Shown here one piece after another: positions 47,499-56,381 of a stretch of 64,000 nucleotides of DNA (its first letter is position 1; every line of letters begins with the position of its first letter). Source of the stretch: Deltaproteobacteria bacterium (GTDB taxonomy: Bacteria > Myxococcota > Kuafuiibacteriia > Kuafuiibacteriales > Kuafuiibacteriaceae); contig JAVJQW010000011.1 of NCBI GenBank assembly GCA_040218735.1, positions 1 to 64,000 of the forward strand, written 5' to 3'. Both the position numbers and the translations under genes were made by a program. Below the pieces are notes generated by a model that saw nothing but the letters and a program-made list of their open reading frames with translations, was not told the DNA's origin and ran no database searches.

Positions 47499-47972
47499 CT
47501 ACCAGCCGCCGTCGATCATGTCGGCGAGCTGTGCGCGCTGCCGCGGCTCGAGGACCTCGTGCACACGCTGCAGTGCGGTGAGGACCGCCATCCGGGCCTT
47601 CTCCAGCGCCTCGTCCTGTTCGGTCCAGGCCTGGCCGACAGCTTCGTGATCGAAGCTCTCCCCGCGCAGGATGTCACCGAGGTCGCGGCGCTGCTTCTTG
47701 CCGAGGCCCCGCGCCCCGCGGACGGCGTCTTCCACCTCGCGCGCGGCGTCGAGGATCACCTTCTCCTGTCCGTGCGTCGTGTCGAGGCGCGTGAAGAGCC
47801 AGTCCATCCAGTGGCGACGACGCCGCTCGAACCGCCGCCCGTGGCCATGGCCGTAGCCGTGATGATGACGGAACCGCCGGTGATGCCCACCGCAGCCCCC
47901 CAAGTGATGTCGATGTGATGCCACCTTGAACACGATCAGCGCCCCCAACAGTCCGAAGAAGAATCCACACAT
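47499..47972 (-). CDS. Spy/CpxP-like (heavy-metal sensor type) accessory protein, His-rich
   Basis: N-terminal hydrophobic anchor, His/Gly/Arg-rich segment, LDTTHGQ and LEPRQRAQL (LTxxQ-like) motifs. Confidence 0.75.
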   Translation of the reverse strand: MCGFFFGLLGALIVFKVASHRHHLGGCGGHHRRFRHHHGYGHGHGRRFERRRRHWMDWLFTRLDTTHGQEKVILDAAREVEDAVRGARGLGKKQRRDLGDILRGESFDHEAVGQAWTEQDEALEKARMAVLTALQRVHEVLEPRQRAQLADMIDGGW

Positions 47973-48099
47973 GGTCGAAATCTCGACTCCTTTCCTCGGG
48001 AGCCTAGAGACGGTCTTTGTGGGTTCGGTCGCGTGAACGTGAAGAAGTGTTGCGACGCGCTGGATGACTCGACGGCGTTGCTGCGTTAGCGAGGGGGCG

Positions 48100-48375
48100 A
48101 TGGGCCGCATGACGGAGAAGCAGAGCGGGCTGCACCGGCTACAGCCCGCGATCGGCACGCTGATCCTCGCGCTCGGGCTCACCGTGCTCGCGCTCGTCGT
48201 GCAGAAGGGCCTCGACAGCAAGTCACTCCCGACCGCGGGCATGAGCGGGATGATGACGATGGGCGGCCTCAGCCTGCTGTTCCGCGCGCGCATCTCCCGC
48301 GGGCGCGCCGGGCTGTGGGCGCTCGGCGGCGTCATCGTCGCGGCCGTCGCCGTGTCGCTCGCCACGATCCCCTGA
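48100..48375 (+). CDS. Small 3-TM membrane protein
   Basis: Three hydrophobic segments; GAGGGGG upstream. Confidence 0.6.
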   Translation: MGRMTEKQSGLHRLQPAIGTLILALGLTVLALVVQKGLDSKSLPTAGMSGMMTMGGLSLLFRARISRGRAGLWALGGVIVAAVAVSLATIP

Positions 48376-48415
48376 TTCGCGCGCAACGCGCGCGGCGATC
48401 TCACGATAACGAACC

Positions 48416-49525
48416 ATGAAGACGACAACTTCGAGTTGTCTGGGTTTCGTGTGTCCGGCGCTGCTGTGGTGCGCGTGTGTCTCCACCCCGACGCCGCCCG
48501 TCGCGCTCACCCAGGTCGACCTCGGCCTCACGTACCTCGCGCAGGGCCAGTGCGACCAGGCCTACGCGCGGCTGACCCACGCGCTGGAGTTCGATCCGGA
48601 TCTCGCGCACGCCCACAACGGGCTCGGGCTGATCGCGATGCAGTGCGACGGTGATCTCCTGCGCGCCGCGCAGCACTTCAAGGACGCGCTCGCGATCGAC
48701 GTCGACTTCGTCGCCGCGCGCACCAACCTCGGCGTGACGTTCCTGGAGCGCACCCCGCCCGAGCTCGACGCTGCGTGTGAGCTCTTCGAGAGCGCGCTGG
48801 AGATCGCCCCGTCCGCGATCGAGCCACGCGAGAACCTCGTGCGCTGCAAGCTCCGGCAGGCCATCACCGGCGACGACGACGCGCTCGAGACCGCCTACCG
48901 GCACGCGATGATCTTCGTGGAGATCGCCCCGAACGTCGCCGCCGCCCACGAGCTGCTCGGTGCGATTCGGCTGCGACGCGAAGAACCGGCGCTCGCCGCA
49001 CGGCGCCTCGCCCACTGCATCGACATCGACCCGCGGCGGGCGCGCTGCCACTACTACCTCGCGCACGCGCACCTCGCGCGCGAGCAGTGCGCCGACGCGA
49101 TGGCCTCGTTCGTCGCGGCGCTCACGAACGGCGACACGATCGAAGTCGAGGTTCGCCGCGACCTCGCCGCCGCTTCGTTCCGATGCGCGCTCGCCGACGA
49201 AGCGATGCGCCGCGCGCTCGACACGATCGCCAAGGCCCCCTCCGACCCGCAGTCGCACGTGAGCCTCGCGCGCATCTTCGAGGACAAGGGTTGGTACGCG
49301 CAGGCGGAGCACTCGTGGCAGACGGTGCTCCAGCTCGCGCCCGACTGGTGCCCGGCGCACTTCGCGCTGTTCCGCGCGGCCGACCGACGCCTCGACACGC
49401 GCGGGGTCATCGAGCACTGCGGCGCCTACGCACGGTGCGGCGAACGCGAAGCCGACGCCGAGCAAGTCTGCAACGAGCGGGTGCGCGGGCTGACGACCGA
49501 GCCGAATCGGTTCACTTCGAGGTGA
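48416..49525 (+). CDS. TPR-repeat (lipo)protein, Cys-rich
   Basis: Multiple TPR consensus repeats and a signal-like N-terminus with WCAC. Confidence 0.8.
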   Translation: MKTTTSSCLGFVCPALLWCACVSTPTPPVALTQVDLGLTYLAQGQCDQAYARLTHALEFDPDLAHAHNGLGLIAMQCDGDLLRAAQHFKDALAIDVDFVAARTNLGVTFLERTPPELDAACELFESALEIAPSAIEPRENLVRCKLRQAITGDDDALETAYRHAMIFVEIAPNVAAAHELLGAIRLRREEPALAARRLAHCIDIDPRRARCHYYLAHAHLAREQCADAMASFVAALTNGDTIEVEVRRDLAAASFRCALADEAMRRALDTIAKAPSDPQSHVSLARIFEDKGWYAQAEHSWQTVLQLAPDWCPAHFALFRAADRRLDTRGVIEHCGAYARCGEREADAEQVCNERVRGLTTEPNRFTSR

Positions 49526-51185
49526 GCTCGATCAGGTTCTTCGCGCCCGGCGTCGCGCGGCGGAGGTTGGCGTCCAGGAGGCGCCGCGGACCGTCTGTCT
49601 CGGGGAGCGCATCGACGAGCGTGCGCGCGCGCTCCAGGTCGCCGGCTTCGAACGCCGTCGTCGCTTCCTCGTAGGTCGACCACACGTCTTCGGGCTCGGT
49701 CGCGAGCTGGTGGAGCACGACAGCGTCGTCGATCCCCACGACCCGCACCGCGCCGATGCGGCGGGTGGCGACCGCGTCCCCGACGAGCGCACGCGTCGCC
49801 TCGGAGAGGAGGATCGAGACCCCGGCGTGTTTCGTCGCGCCCTCGATGCGGCTCGCGAGGTTTACGGTGTGCCCGCGCGGACCGTACTTCTGGCGCTTCT
49901 TGCTGCCGGCGTTGCCGACGCGCGCCGGTCCGGTGTGTACGCCGACGCCGATCGCGAGCGGCGTGCCGAGACGCTCGCGCCACTTCGCATCGAGCGCGCG
50001 CAGGTCTTCTTGCATGCCAATCGCCGCGCGGCAGGCGCGCACGGCGTGGTCGTCGTACTCGATCGGTGCGTTCCACATCGCGGCCATGCCGTCGCCGTAG
50101 TAGTCGATGATGACGCCACTCTCCTGGAGCACACGCTCCGTGAGCACGTCCATCACCTCGCCCACGAGCTGAAACGTGGACGCCCCGTCGAGCTGTTCGG
50201 ACAGCCGCGAGAATCCGCGCAGGTCTGAGAACAACACGGTGATGACGCGGTCCGCGGGCTCCAGCATCTTCGGGTTGCGCTGCAGCTCGCGGACGAGCTC
50301 CTGCGAGAACACCCGCTCGAACTGCACGCGCAGGCGGCTCGCCTCCGCGGCCTGCTCCTGGCGAGCGAGCCCCGCCGACACCGCAGCGGCGAGCACCCGC
50401 ACGACCTGCGCTTCGAGGGGCATGATCGCCGGCGACGGGACGCCGGGTCGCCGGTCGCGTGCGCCGAACACCGCGCCAATCACTTCGTTGTCACCGTCGA
50501 GGATCGGAGAAGCGACGAACGCGTCCACGGCGGCGAGGCTCGCGACGGTGGTGTCGGGCGCCTCGAACACCGTCTGCTTCGTGGTCTGCAGCTGCGCGAG
50601 GACCGTCTGACTGTACTCGGCCTGGCCCGCAGGATGTGCAGCGGCGACGGTCCATTCGTCGGCGCGTCGCAGCAGGACGATCCCGCGGTCGAGGCCGATG
50701 AGATCGACGATCGCCCGCGCGGTCTGGTCGTAGAACTCCGCGGACCCGGCGGCGGCCTGCTGCACCGAGACCAGCGTCGTGAACCACTCCGCGAGCTGCT
50801 CGGGCGTGGGGGTGCGCTCCAGGACGATCGCGCGGGTCTGCAGCTGGATCGTCTGCATCCGCGCGGAGGCCTTCGCGGGCGACGCGGTGACGTGGGCGCG
50901 GACCTCGATCTTGGTGGTCCCGGTCTGGACCGCGATGGGCAGCGCGTAGACCTCGCTCCCGTTGGTGGCGAGGGGCTGACCGTTCACGGTGATCGGCTGG
51001 CCGTAGTTGGTCACGCGCGCGCCGCCGCCGGCCTCCTCGACCGACAGCTGCGTCCGCGACACGTGCGGGTCTTCGATCACGAAGCTGCGCCCGATCCCCT
51101 TCGGTGCACGGCCGAAGATCATGGGGCCGCGGTCGTTCCGGAACGTGTGGTTCTGCTGCGCGTTGCCGACCGTGAACTCGAGCAT
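49512..51185 (-). CDS. Class III adenylate/guanylate cyclase with FHA and GAF domains
   Basis: FGR..VSR (FHA), VLFSDLRGFSRLSE, YYGDG and GHTVNLASRIE motifs. Confidence 0.9.
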   Translation of the reverse strand: MLEFTVGNAQQNHTFRNDRGPMIFGRAPKGIGRSFVIEDPHVSRTQLSVEEAGGGARVTNYGQPITVNGQPLATNGSEVYALPIAVQTGTTKIEVRAHVTASPAKASARMQTIQLQTRAIVLERTPTPEQLAEWFTTLVSVQQAAAGSAEFYDQTARAIVDLIGLDRGIVLLRRADEWTVAAAHPAGQAEYSQTVLAQLQTTKQTVFEAPDTTVASLAAVDAFVASPILDGDNEVIGAVFGARDRRPGVPSPAIMPLEAQVVRVLAAAVSAGLARQEQAAEASRLRVQFERVFSQELVRELQRNPKMLEPADRVITVLFSDLRGFSRLSEQLDGASTFQLVGEVMDVLTERVLQESGVIIDYYGDGMAAMWNAPIEYDDHAVRACRAAIGMQEDLRALDAKWRERLGTPLAIGVGVHTGPARVGNAGSKKRQKYGPRGHTVNLASRIEGATKHAGVSILLSEATRALVGDAVATRRIGAVRVVGIDDAVVLHQLATEPEDVWSTYEEATTAFEAGDLERARTLVDALPETDGPRRLLDANLRRATPGAKNLIELTSK

Positions 51186-51198
51186 CGAAGTACGGTAT

Positions 51199-53049
51199 AT
51201 GCGATGCGTGGACCGCACGCACTTCGACGTCACGCCGGGCGTGCAGATCGGTGAGTACGTCGTCGAGAAGGAGCTCGGGAGCGGGACCTTCGGCAACGTC
51301 TACAAGGCCGTCCACCCGCTGATCGCGAAGAAGGTCGCGATCAAGGTGCTCTCCGCCGACTACTCGAAGAACGAGGAGGTGGTGTCTCGGTTCGTGACAG
51401 AGGCGCGCGTCGTCAACGAGATCGGCCACAAGAACATCATCGACACGTTCTCGTTCGGCGAGCTCCCCGATGGGCGCCAGTACTTCGTGATGGAGTACAT
51501 CGACGGCGAGCCGCTCGACGAATACATGGCGCGCTTCGACGGCCAGGTCCCGCGGGCCGACACCCTCGCGATCCTCGAAGGGGTCGCCGCCGCGCTCGAC
51601 GCCGCGCACGCCGCGGGGGTCACCCACCGCGACCTGAAACCGGCGAACGTGTTCGTCGCGAACGACGACGGTCGCCCCTTCGCGAAGCTCCTCGACTTCG
51701 GCATCGCGAAGCTGCGCTCCGACGAGATGGAGCAGAAACACCGCACGGCGACGGGCATGGCGCTCGGCACGCCGGCGTACATGGCGCCGGAGCAGTGCCA
51801 GGGCCACGCGGTGGATCACCGCGCGGACATCTACGCGCTGGGGGTGATGACGTACCAGCTGCTGACCGGGGAGCTCCCGTTCGACGGGACCGCGTTCGAG
51901 ATCCTGATGCACCACGTGCAGACGCCGCCGCCGTCGATCGGCGACGCGACGCTGCCCGGGACGCTCGTCCCGATCGTGAACGGGATGTTGGAGAAGGATC
52001 CGGCGATGCGGCCGCCCTCGGCGGGGTTCGCGATCGAGCGCCTCGTCGAGATGCTCGGGAGCCAGCAGAACACCGCAGCGTCCGTCGCGACCGCGGCGCT
52101 GCCGGCCGTCACGGCGACGATGACGCCCGCCCCCGCCGTCGCCGCGCCGTCCGAGCCGGAGCCGAAGCGTCGTACGGGGATGATCGTCGGCGCGCTCGGC
52201 GTGTTCGCCTTGGTCGGCGTCGGTGCCTTCGCGCTGACGCCCAAGGATCCGCCGCCGCCGCCCGAGAAGAAGCCGGCCGCCATCGAGCCGCTCGCAGCCG
52301 CGATGCACGCGGTCCCCGCCGGCGACTTCCTGATGGGCTGCAACGCCGAGGTCGACGCCGAGTGTGACGAGGACGAGCCCAAGCTACGCTCGACGCCCGT
52401 CGCCGCGTTCGAGATCGACGAGACCGAGGTGACGGTCGAGGCGTACGCGAAGTGCGTCGACGCGGGCGCGTGTGACGCGGAGGGCCTCGACACCCCGTTC
52501 TGGAAGGAAGGCGACGAGCCGGAGAAGGCGCACCCCGAGTGGGCGCACGCCTGCAACTGGGGCAAGGACGGCCGGAAGAGACGGCCGATCAACTGCATCA
52601 CCTGGGCGCAGGCGGACACGTTCTGCCGGTGGCAGGGCAAGCGCCTCCCCACCGAGGCGGAGTGGGAGAAGGCTGCGCGCGGAACGACCGGCAAGAAGTA
52701 TCCGTGGGGCAACGACGGCTTCGACAAACTCTCCGCCCCCGTCGCGAACATCGCGGACGTCGCGATGAAGAAGGCGCGCGACGTCGCCTGGGCACACGCG
52801 ACCTACGACGATGGCGCGGAGCTGTCCGTCGACGCCGGACAGCTCACCGCGGGCGCGTCGCCCTACGGCGCGCTCGACATGATCGGCAACGTCTCCGAGT
52901 GGACCGCCGACTGGCACGACCCCGGCAAGACCCGGGTCACCCGCGGCGGCTCCTACGACAAACCGGCACAGATGGCCCGCGCGTCGTTCCGCAACGCGTC
53001 GTTCCCGACCTGGCGCCAAGACGACGTGGGGTTTCGGTGTGTCCGATGA
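51199..53049 (+). CDS. Ser/Thr kinase with TM helix and extracytoplasmic FGE-sulfatase (SUMF1) domain
   Basis: GSGTFG, VAIK, HRDLKPAN and DFG motifs. RLPTEAEWEKAARG, DMIGNVSEW and VGFRCV. Start 51199 or 51208. Confidence 0.92.
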   Translation: MRCVDRTHFDVTPGVQIGEYVVEKELGSGTFGNVYKAVHPLIAKKVAIKVLSADYSKNEEVVSRFVTEARVVNEIGHKNIIDTFSFGELPDGRQYFVMEYIDGEPLDEYMARFDGQVPRADTLAILEGVAAALDAAHAAGVTHRDLKPANVFVANDDGRPFAKLLDFGIAKLRSDEMEQKHRTATGMALGTPAYMAPEQCQGHAVDHRADIYALGVMTYQLLTGELPFDGTAFEILMHHVQTPPPSIGDATLPGTLVPIVNGMLEKDPAMRPPSAGFAIERLVEMLGSQQNTAASVATAALPAVTATMTPAPAVAAPSEPEPKRRTGMIVGALGVFALVGVGAFALTPKDPPPPPEKKPAAIEPLAAAMHAVPAGDFLMGCNAEVDAECDEDEPKLRSTPVAAFEIDETEVTVEAYAKCVDAGACDAEGLDTPFWKEGDEPEKAHPEWAHACNWGKDGRKRRPINCITWAQADTFCRWQGKRLPTEAEWEKAARGTTGKKYPWGNDGFDKLSAPVANIADVAMKKARDVAWAHATYDDGAELSVDAGQLTAGASPYGALDMIGNVSEWTADWHDPGKTRVTRGGSYDKPAQMARASFRNASFPTWRQDDVGFRCVR

Positions 53050-53137
53050 ACGAGCAGGCAGCGCTCAGCCTTCAGTCCGCAGCCAGACCGCCGCGCGTGC
53101 TCCGGCTGCAAGCTACCCGCTGCGAGCTGTCGGCTCC

Positions 53138-54349
53138 CTAGAGCGTCAGGTTCAGCTCGCGCCCGCGTGAGGAACGCACGTCCATCGTCTTGAGCGGCGC
53201 GACCTTCTCCGAGGCCTGCAGGACCGCCGCCTCCAGGTGCGTGATGTCGAAGGCGGCCTTGTAGAAGACCTCCAGCTCCATGCGCCCCTCCGCGAACGTC
53301 AGCTGCTTCACGAGCTTCACGTCCGGGAGCTTGCCGAGCATCTCGATGAAGCGGAGGCCCTGCCGCTTCTTGCTCTTCACCTCGTAGAGGCGAACCGTGT
53401 AGCGGATGCCGTTTTCGGTGTCGCGGTCCCAGGACTGCACGATGCGATCGATGAACGGCTCGATCATCTTGTCGGAGAGGACCTTCACGGTTTTGTTCCG
53501 CATCGTGCCCTCGTCGTAGCAGTTGGGCGGCGAGTTGCCGTCCTGGTTCGTGCTGTGGACGAGCGCGCCGGTCGAAGCGTCGATCGCCTGGACCGCGATC
53601 TCCGCGCGGCCGCGGTGGGCCTTCAAACCCATCGCGTCGAAGCTGGTGTGCGCGACCTTCACGTCCGCGACGACGAGATACTCCGCGCCGTAGCTGCTCG
53701 CATGCTGGATTGCGGCTTCGTTCGGTTTGTCGAGGAGGCTCGCGAAGACCTTCGCGTCCTGCGCGCGCAGCCGCTCCACGACCTCCTTCGACACGAGGTC
53801 GAACCCGCGCGCGATCAGCGCGTCCTGCATCACCGATCGGAACACCGGCGAATCGATCGTGACCACTTCCCCCGCCTGGTTCGTGTACTGCTCCTTCACC
53901 AGGAACATGATCTTCGGGAACCGCGCCTCCGCGATGCGCCGGTCGAGGAGCGACATCATCCTCAGCATCCCCGGGCCGTCGACCTCCATCACCACGTCGG
54001 CGCTCACGACACCGTTCGCGAGGTCTGCGCTCGTGAGGTTCGCGGTGCGGAAGAACGGCGCGGGGTCGCGGTCGATCGCTTCGTAGGCTTCGCGCTCGAA
54101 CCGAGCGCGGTCGCGCTTCACGCCCACGAAGCCAGGCGTCGCGGCGAGCACGTCGAGCTTTTCGTGCACGAGCTTCTTGAGCTCGAGGACCTGGGCCTTG
54201 CGCACCAGCTTCTTCTTCGTCGCCGCGTCCGCCTTCGGGGCGTTCACGGTGACCTTGGTACGGATCTTCGACTTGATGCCGAACGGGTTACCGGCCCGCG
54301 CCACGCCGGGCGCGCCGACGAGGAGCGCGATGAAGAGGAGATGTCGCAT
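53138..54349 (-). CDS. Secreted protein with FlgT-middle/CsgG-like alpha-beta domain
   Basis: Signal peptide. PKIMFLVKE..LIARGFDLV..GAEYLVV..AIDASTG pattern. Confidence 0.6.
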   Translation of the reverse strand: MRHLLFIALLVGAPGVARAGNPFGIKSKIRTKVTVNAPKADAATKKKLVRKAQVLELKKLVHEKLDVLAATPGFVGVKRDRARFEREAYEAIDRDPAPFFRTANLTSADLANGVVSADVVMEVDGPGMLRMMSLLDRRIAEARFPKIMFLVKEQYTNQAGEVVTIDSPVFRSVMQDALIARGFDLVSKEVVERLRAQDAKVFASLLDKPNEAAIQHASSYGAEYLVVADVKVAHTSFDAMGLKAHRGRAEIAVQAIDASTGALVHSTNQDGNSPPNCYDEGTMRNKTVKVLSDKMIEPFIDRIVQSWDRDTENGIRYTVRLYEVKSKKRQGLRFIEMLGKLPDVKLVKQLTFAEGRMELEVFYKAAFDITHLEAAVLQASEKVAPLKTMDVRSSRGRELNLTL

Positions 54350-54362
54350 CGTCAACTTGGGT

Positions 54363-54378
54363 TGCAGCGCACGTGCCA
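54363..54378 (-). promoter_or_regulatory. sigma54 -24/-12 promoter
   Basis: TGGCACGTGCGCTGCA directly upstream of the 54349 start. Confidence 0.7.
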
Positions 54379-54422
54379 TGGAGGTCATCGATGTTTCCCG
54401 TCGCGTGTCACAGGCCGTGTCA

Positions 54423-55700
54423 CTACGGGCGCAGCGGCGCCACTAAGAAGTCAACGTCGACACGACCGTTCTGCGGCGCGCGGTTCGCGACGATCAGCGT
54501 CGCCGTCAGCCCCACGACCACCGCGCCGCCGACGGCCGTCCACACCCACCACTTCTCGTACCACTGCTCCGGTCGCCGCTCGAGCTCGGCCCACACCGCG
54601 GTGGTGTCTCCCGGCTCGACGTAGGCGTCCTGTTGCCAGTCGAAGTACCCGCCCTTCACGAGGCGGACGCTGTGCCGCCCGCTCTTCAGCTCGGGGATCG
54701 GCGGCAGCGGCAGCTCGCCGACGCGCTCGTTGTCGACGTACACCTCGGCGGCTTCTTGCGACGCCGTCACGACGAGCGCACCGCCGCTCGACGCTTCGAG
54801 GCCGAGGAGCGATCGCGCCGCGTGATTGATCGCGCGGATGAGTTGGTCCTCGGTCCCCTTGAACGACTCGGTGATGCGGTTGTCCGTCTTCACCTCGTTC
54901 GGATCGATCAAACGCAACGAGATGAAGTACGTCTCGCCGAGCGTCCCGACGCTCCCGCTGATGAGTTTGTCGACGCCCAGCGCGCCGCCCAGCTCCGCGA
55001 CGCAGGACGTGTCGCAGTCCTCGCCGACCATCTGGTTGAGCTTGTCGAGCGAGAGGAGCGCGACGAGGTCGTCGCGGCTGATCACCGTCGCGCCTTCGAC
55101 GCGTTTGATCGCCGCGGAGAGGAGCTGCGTGAGGTTGGCCGTGACCTTCGCGTCGACGCCCGTCGCTTGAAGGTCCAACACGGCGAAGGAGAGCTTCGTA
55201 CCCTGCGGGAGGTGGTACGCGACCTTGGTCTCGGCGCCCTCCAACCCGAGCAGCCGCGCGACGGCGACCTTCAGCTGGGCGTCGAGCTTCTCGAGGTTCG
55301 GGACGTTCACACTCTCGCGCCCGAGGGGCGCCGCCTGATCCGGCGACACGAGCGTCAGCGTCGCGACGAACGTCTTGCCGACGCGCCCCACGGTCGTCGC
55401 GATGACGAGATCGGTCTTCGACGCCTTGGTGACTTCGGCGACACACGCCGCGTCTTCTTCGCAGCCGACGAGGCCCTTGGTCTTCTCGAGATCGAGGACC
55501 CCCTGCAGCTCCTCGGGCGTCACGACGCGCACCTCTTCGCGCGCACCGAGGGCCTCCGCCATGCTCGCGATCGCCCGGACCCCGACGCTCTCTTCGACGC
55601 CGATGACGTTCGGCTTCGCAAGGAAGACGGAGCGCGTCCCTTCCGCGAGCGCGTCGGCGCTCACGAGGGTGAGCGCGAGCAGGATGCAGGAGCCTTTCAT
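54423..55700 (-). CDS. PEGA-domain secreted protein with two CsgG/DUF2380-like domains
   Basis: Signal peptide, two C..CVAE modules, AEVYVD..VG..P..GRHSVRLVK.GY and a PEQWYEKWWVW tail. Confidence 0.85.
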   Translation of the reverse strand: MKGSCILLALTLVSADALAEGTRSVFLAKPNVIGVEESVGVRAIASMAEALGAREEVRVVTPEELQGVLDLEKTKGLVGCEEDAACVAEVTKASKTDLVIATTVGRVGKTFVATLTLVSPDQAAPLGRESVNVPNLEKLDAQLKVAVARLLGLEGAETKVAYHLPQGTKLSFAVLDLQATGVDAKVTANLTQLLSAAIKRVEGATVISRDDLVALLSLDKLNQMVGEDCDTSCVAELGGALGVDKLISGSVGTLGETYFISLRLIDPNEVKTDNRITESFKGTEDQLIRAINHAARSLLGLEASSGGALVVTASQEAAEVYVDNERVGELPLPPIPELKSGRHSVRLVKGGYFDWQQDAYVEPGDTTAVWAELERRPEQWYEKWWVWTAVGGAVVVGLTATLIVANRAPQNGRVDVDFLVAPLRP

Positions 55701-55757
55701 TCGTGTTTCATCCTACCTCAGAGTAGACGCGCGCGCCGCCCTCGACATTCGGTTCGA

Positions 55758-56216
55758 TCAGCACCCGTCGGTCAGCACACTCTCCGATCGGATCACCTCG
55801 CCGTTGGCGATCTGAGACTCGAACCGGATCGTGGTGAGGCCCCCGTTGAAGTCCACGCAGCTCTTCAGGTGCATCCGAACGATGCCGGCGCCATCGCTCA
55901 TGTAGTTCCGGCGTTCGGACGTGGAGACCTCCGTGACGGTGGTTCCGCCGAGGACGAGCCGCTGCGTTCGGGTCCCGTTGAAGACGAAGTGCAAGCGGCC
56001 GCGGCCGTCGGTGTTCTGGTGCGAAACCCCCTCGAGCGCGACGCAGGACAGGTAGGGTCCGGACGGCGAGCAGGTCTCGCTGCCGTCGTGGACGGTCGTC
56101 TCGGACTGAGCGAGTCCGCTCGTGTCGAGATCGTAAGCGACCTCTTCGTCGGGGCCGCCGCAGGCCACGAGGAGCGACGCGGACAGGAGGGTTGCGGTGA
56201 GCGCTGGTTGGTTCAT
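55758..56216 (-). CDS. Hypothetical lipoprotein
   Basis: Lipobox LVAC; four further Cys. Confidence 0.7.
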   Translation of the reverse strand: MNQPALTATLLSASLLVACGGPDEEVAYDLDTSGLAQSETTVHDGSETCSPSGPYLSCVALEGVSHQNTDGRGRLHFVFNGTRTQRLVLGGTTVTEVSTSERRNYMSDGAGIVRMHLKSCVDFNGGLTTIRFESQIANGEVIRSESVLTDGC

Positions 56217-56228
56217 GCCCTCGTCCAA

Positions 56229-56244
56229 AGCAGGCGTCGTGCCA
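56229..56244 (-). promoter_or_regulatory. sigma54 -24/-12 promoter
   Basis: TGGCACGACGCCTGCT upstream of the 56216 start. Confidence 0.7.
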
Positions 56245-56351
56245 CCGCTTCGAACACCGCCGAGGCGCGCGCGTCACCGCGCAGGGCCTGCGTTGATCGT
56301 GTCATGACACCGGTCGCGGGCGCATTCGCTCGCTCTGGACGGCCCTCGTGC

Positions 56352-56367
56352 TGGCACGTAAGACGCA
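56352..56367 (+). promoter_or_regulatory. sigma54 -24/-12 promoter
   Basis: TGGCACGTAAGACGCA with correct GG-N10-GC spacing, upstream of the 56382 start. Confidence 0.6.
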
Positions 56368-56381
56368 ACTGGGGCCTGTCG

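Noticed and set aside
51199-53049. FGE-sulfatase domain as a DGR target
   Set aside because: No reverse transcriptase or template repeat seen in the window.
54633-56381. 1875-aa giant ORF start
   Set aside because: The N-terminal ~580 codons are antisense to two real genes; the lipobox and sigma54 box place the start near 56382.
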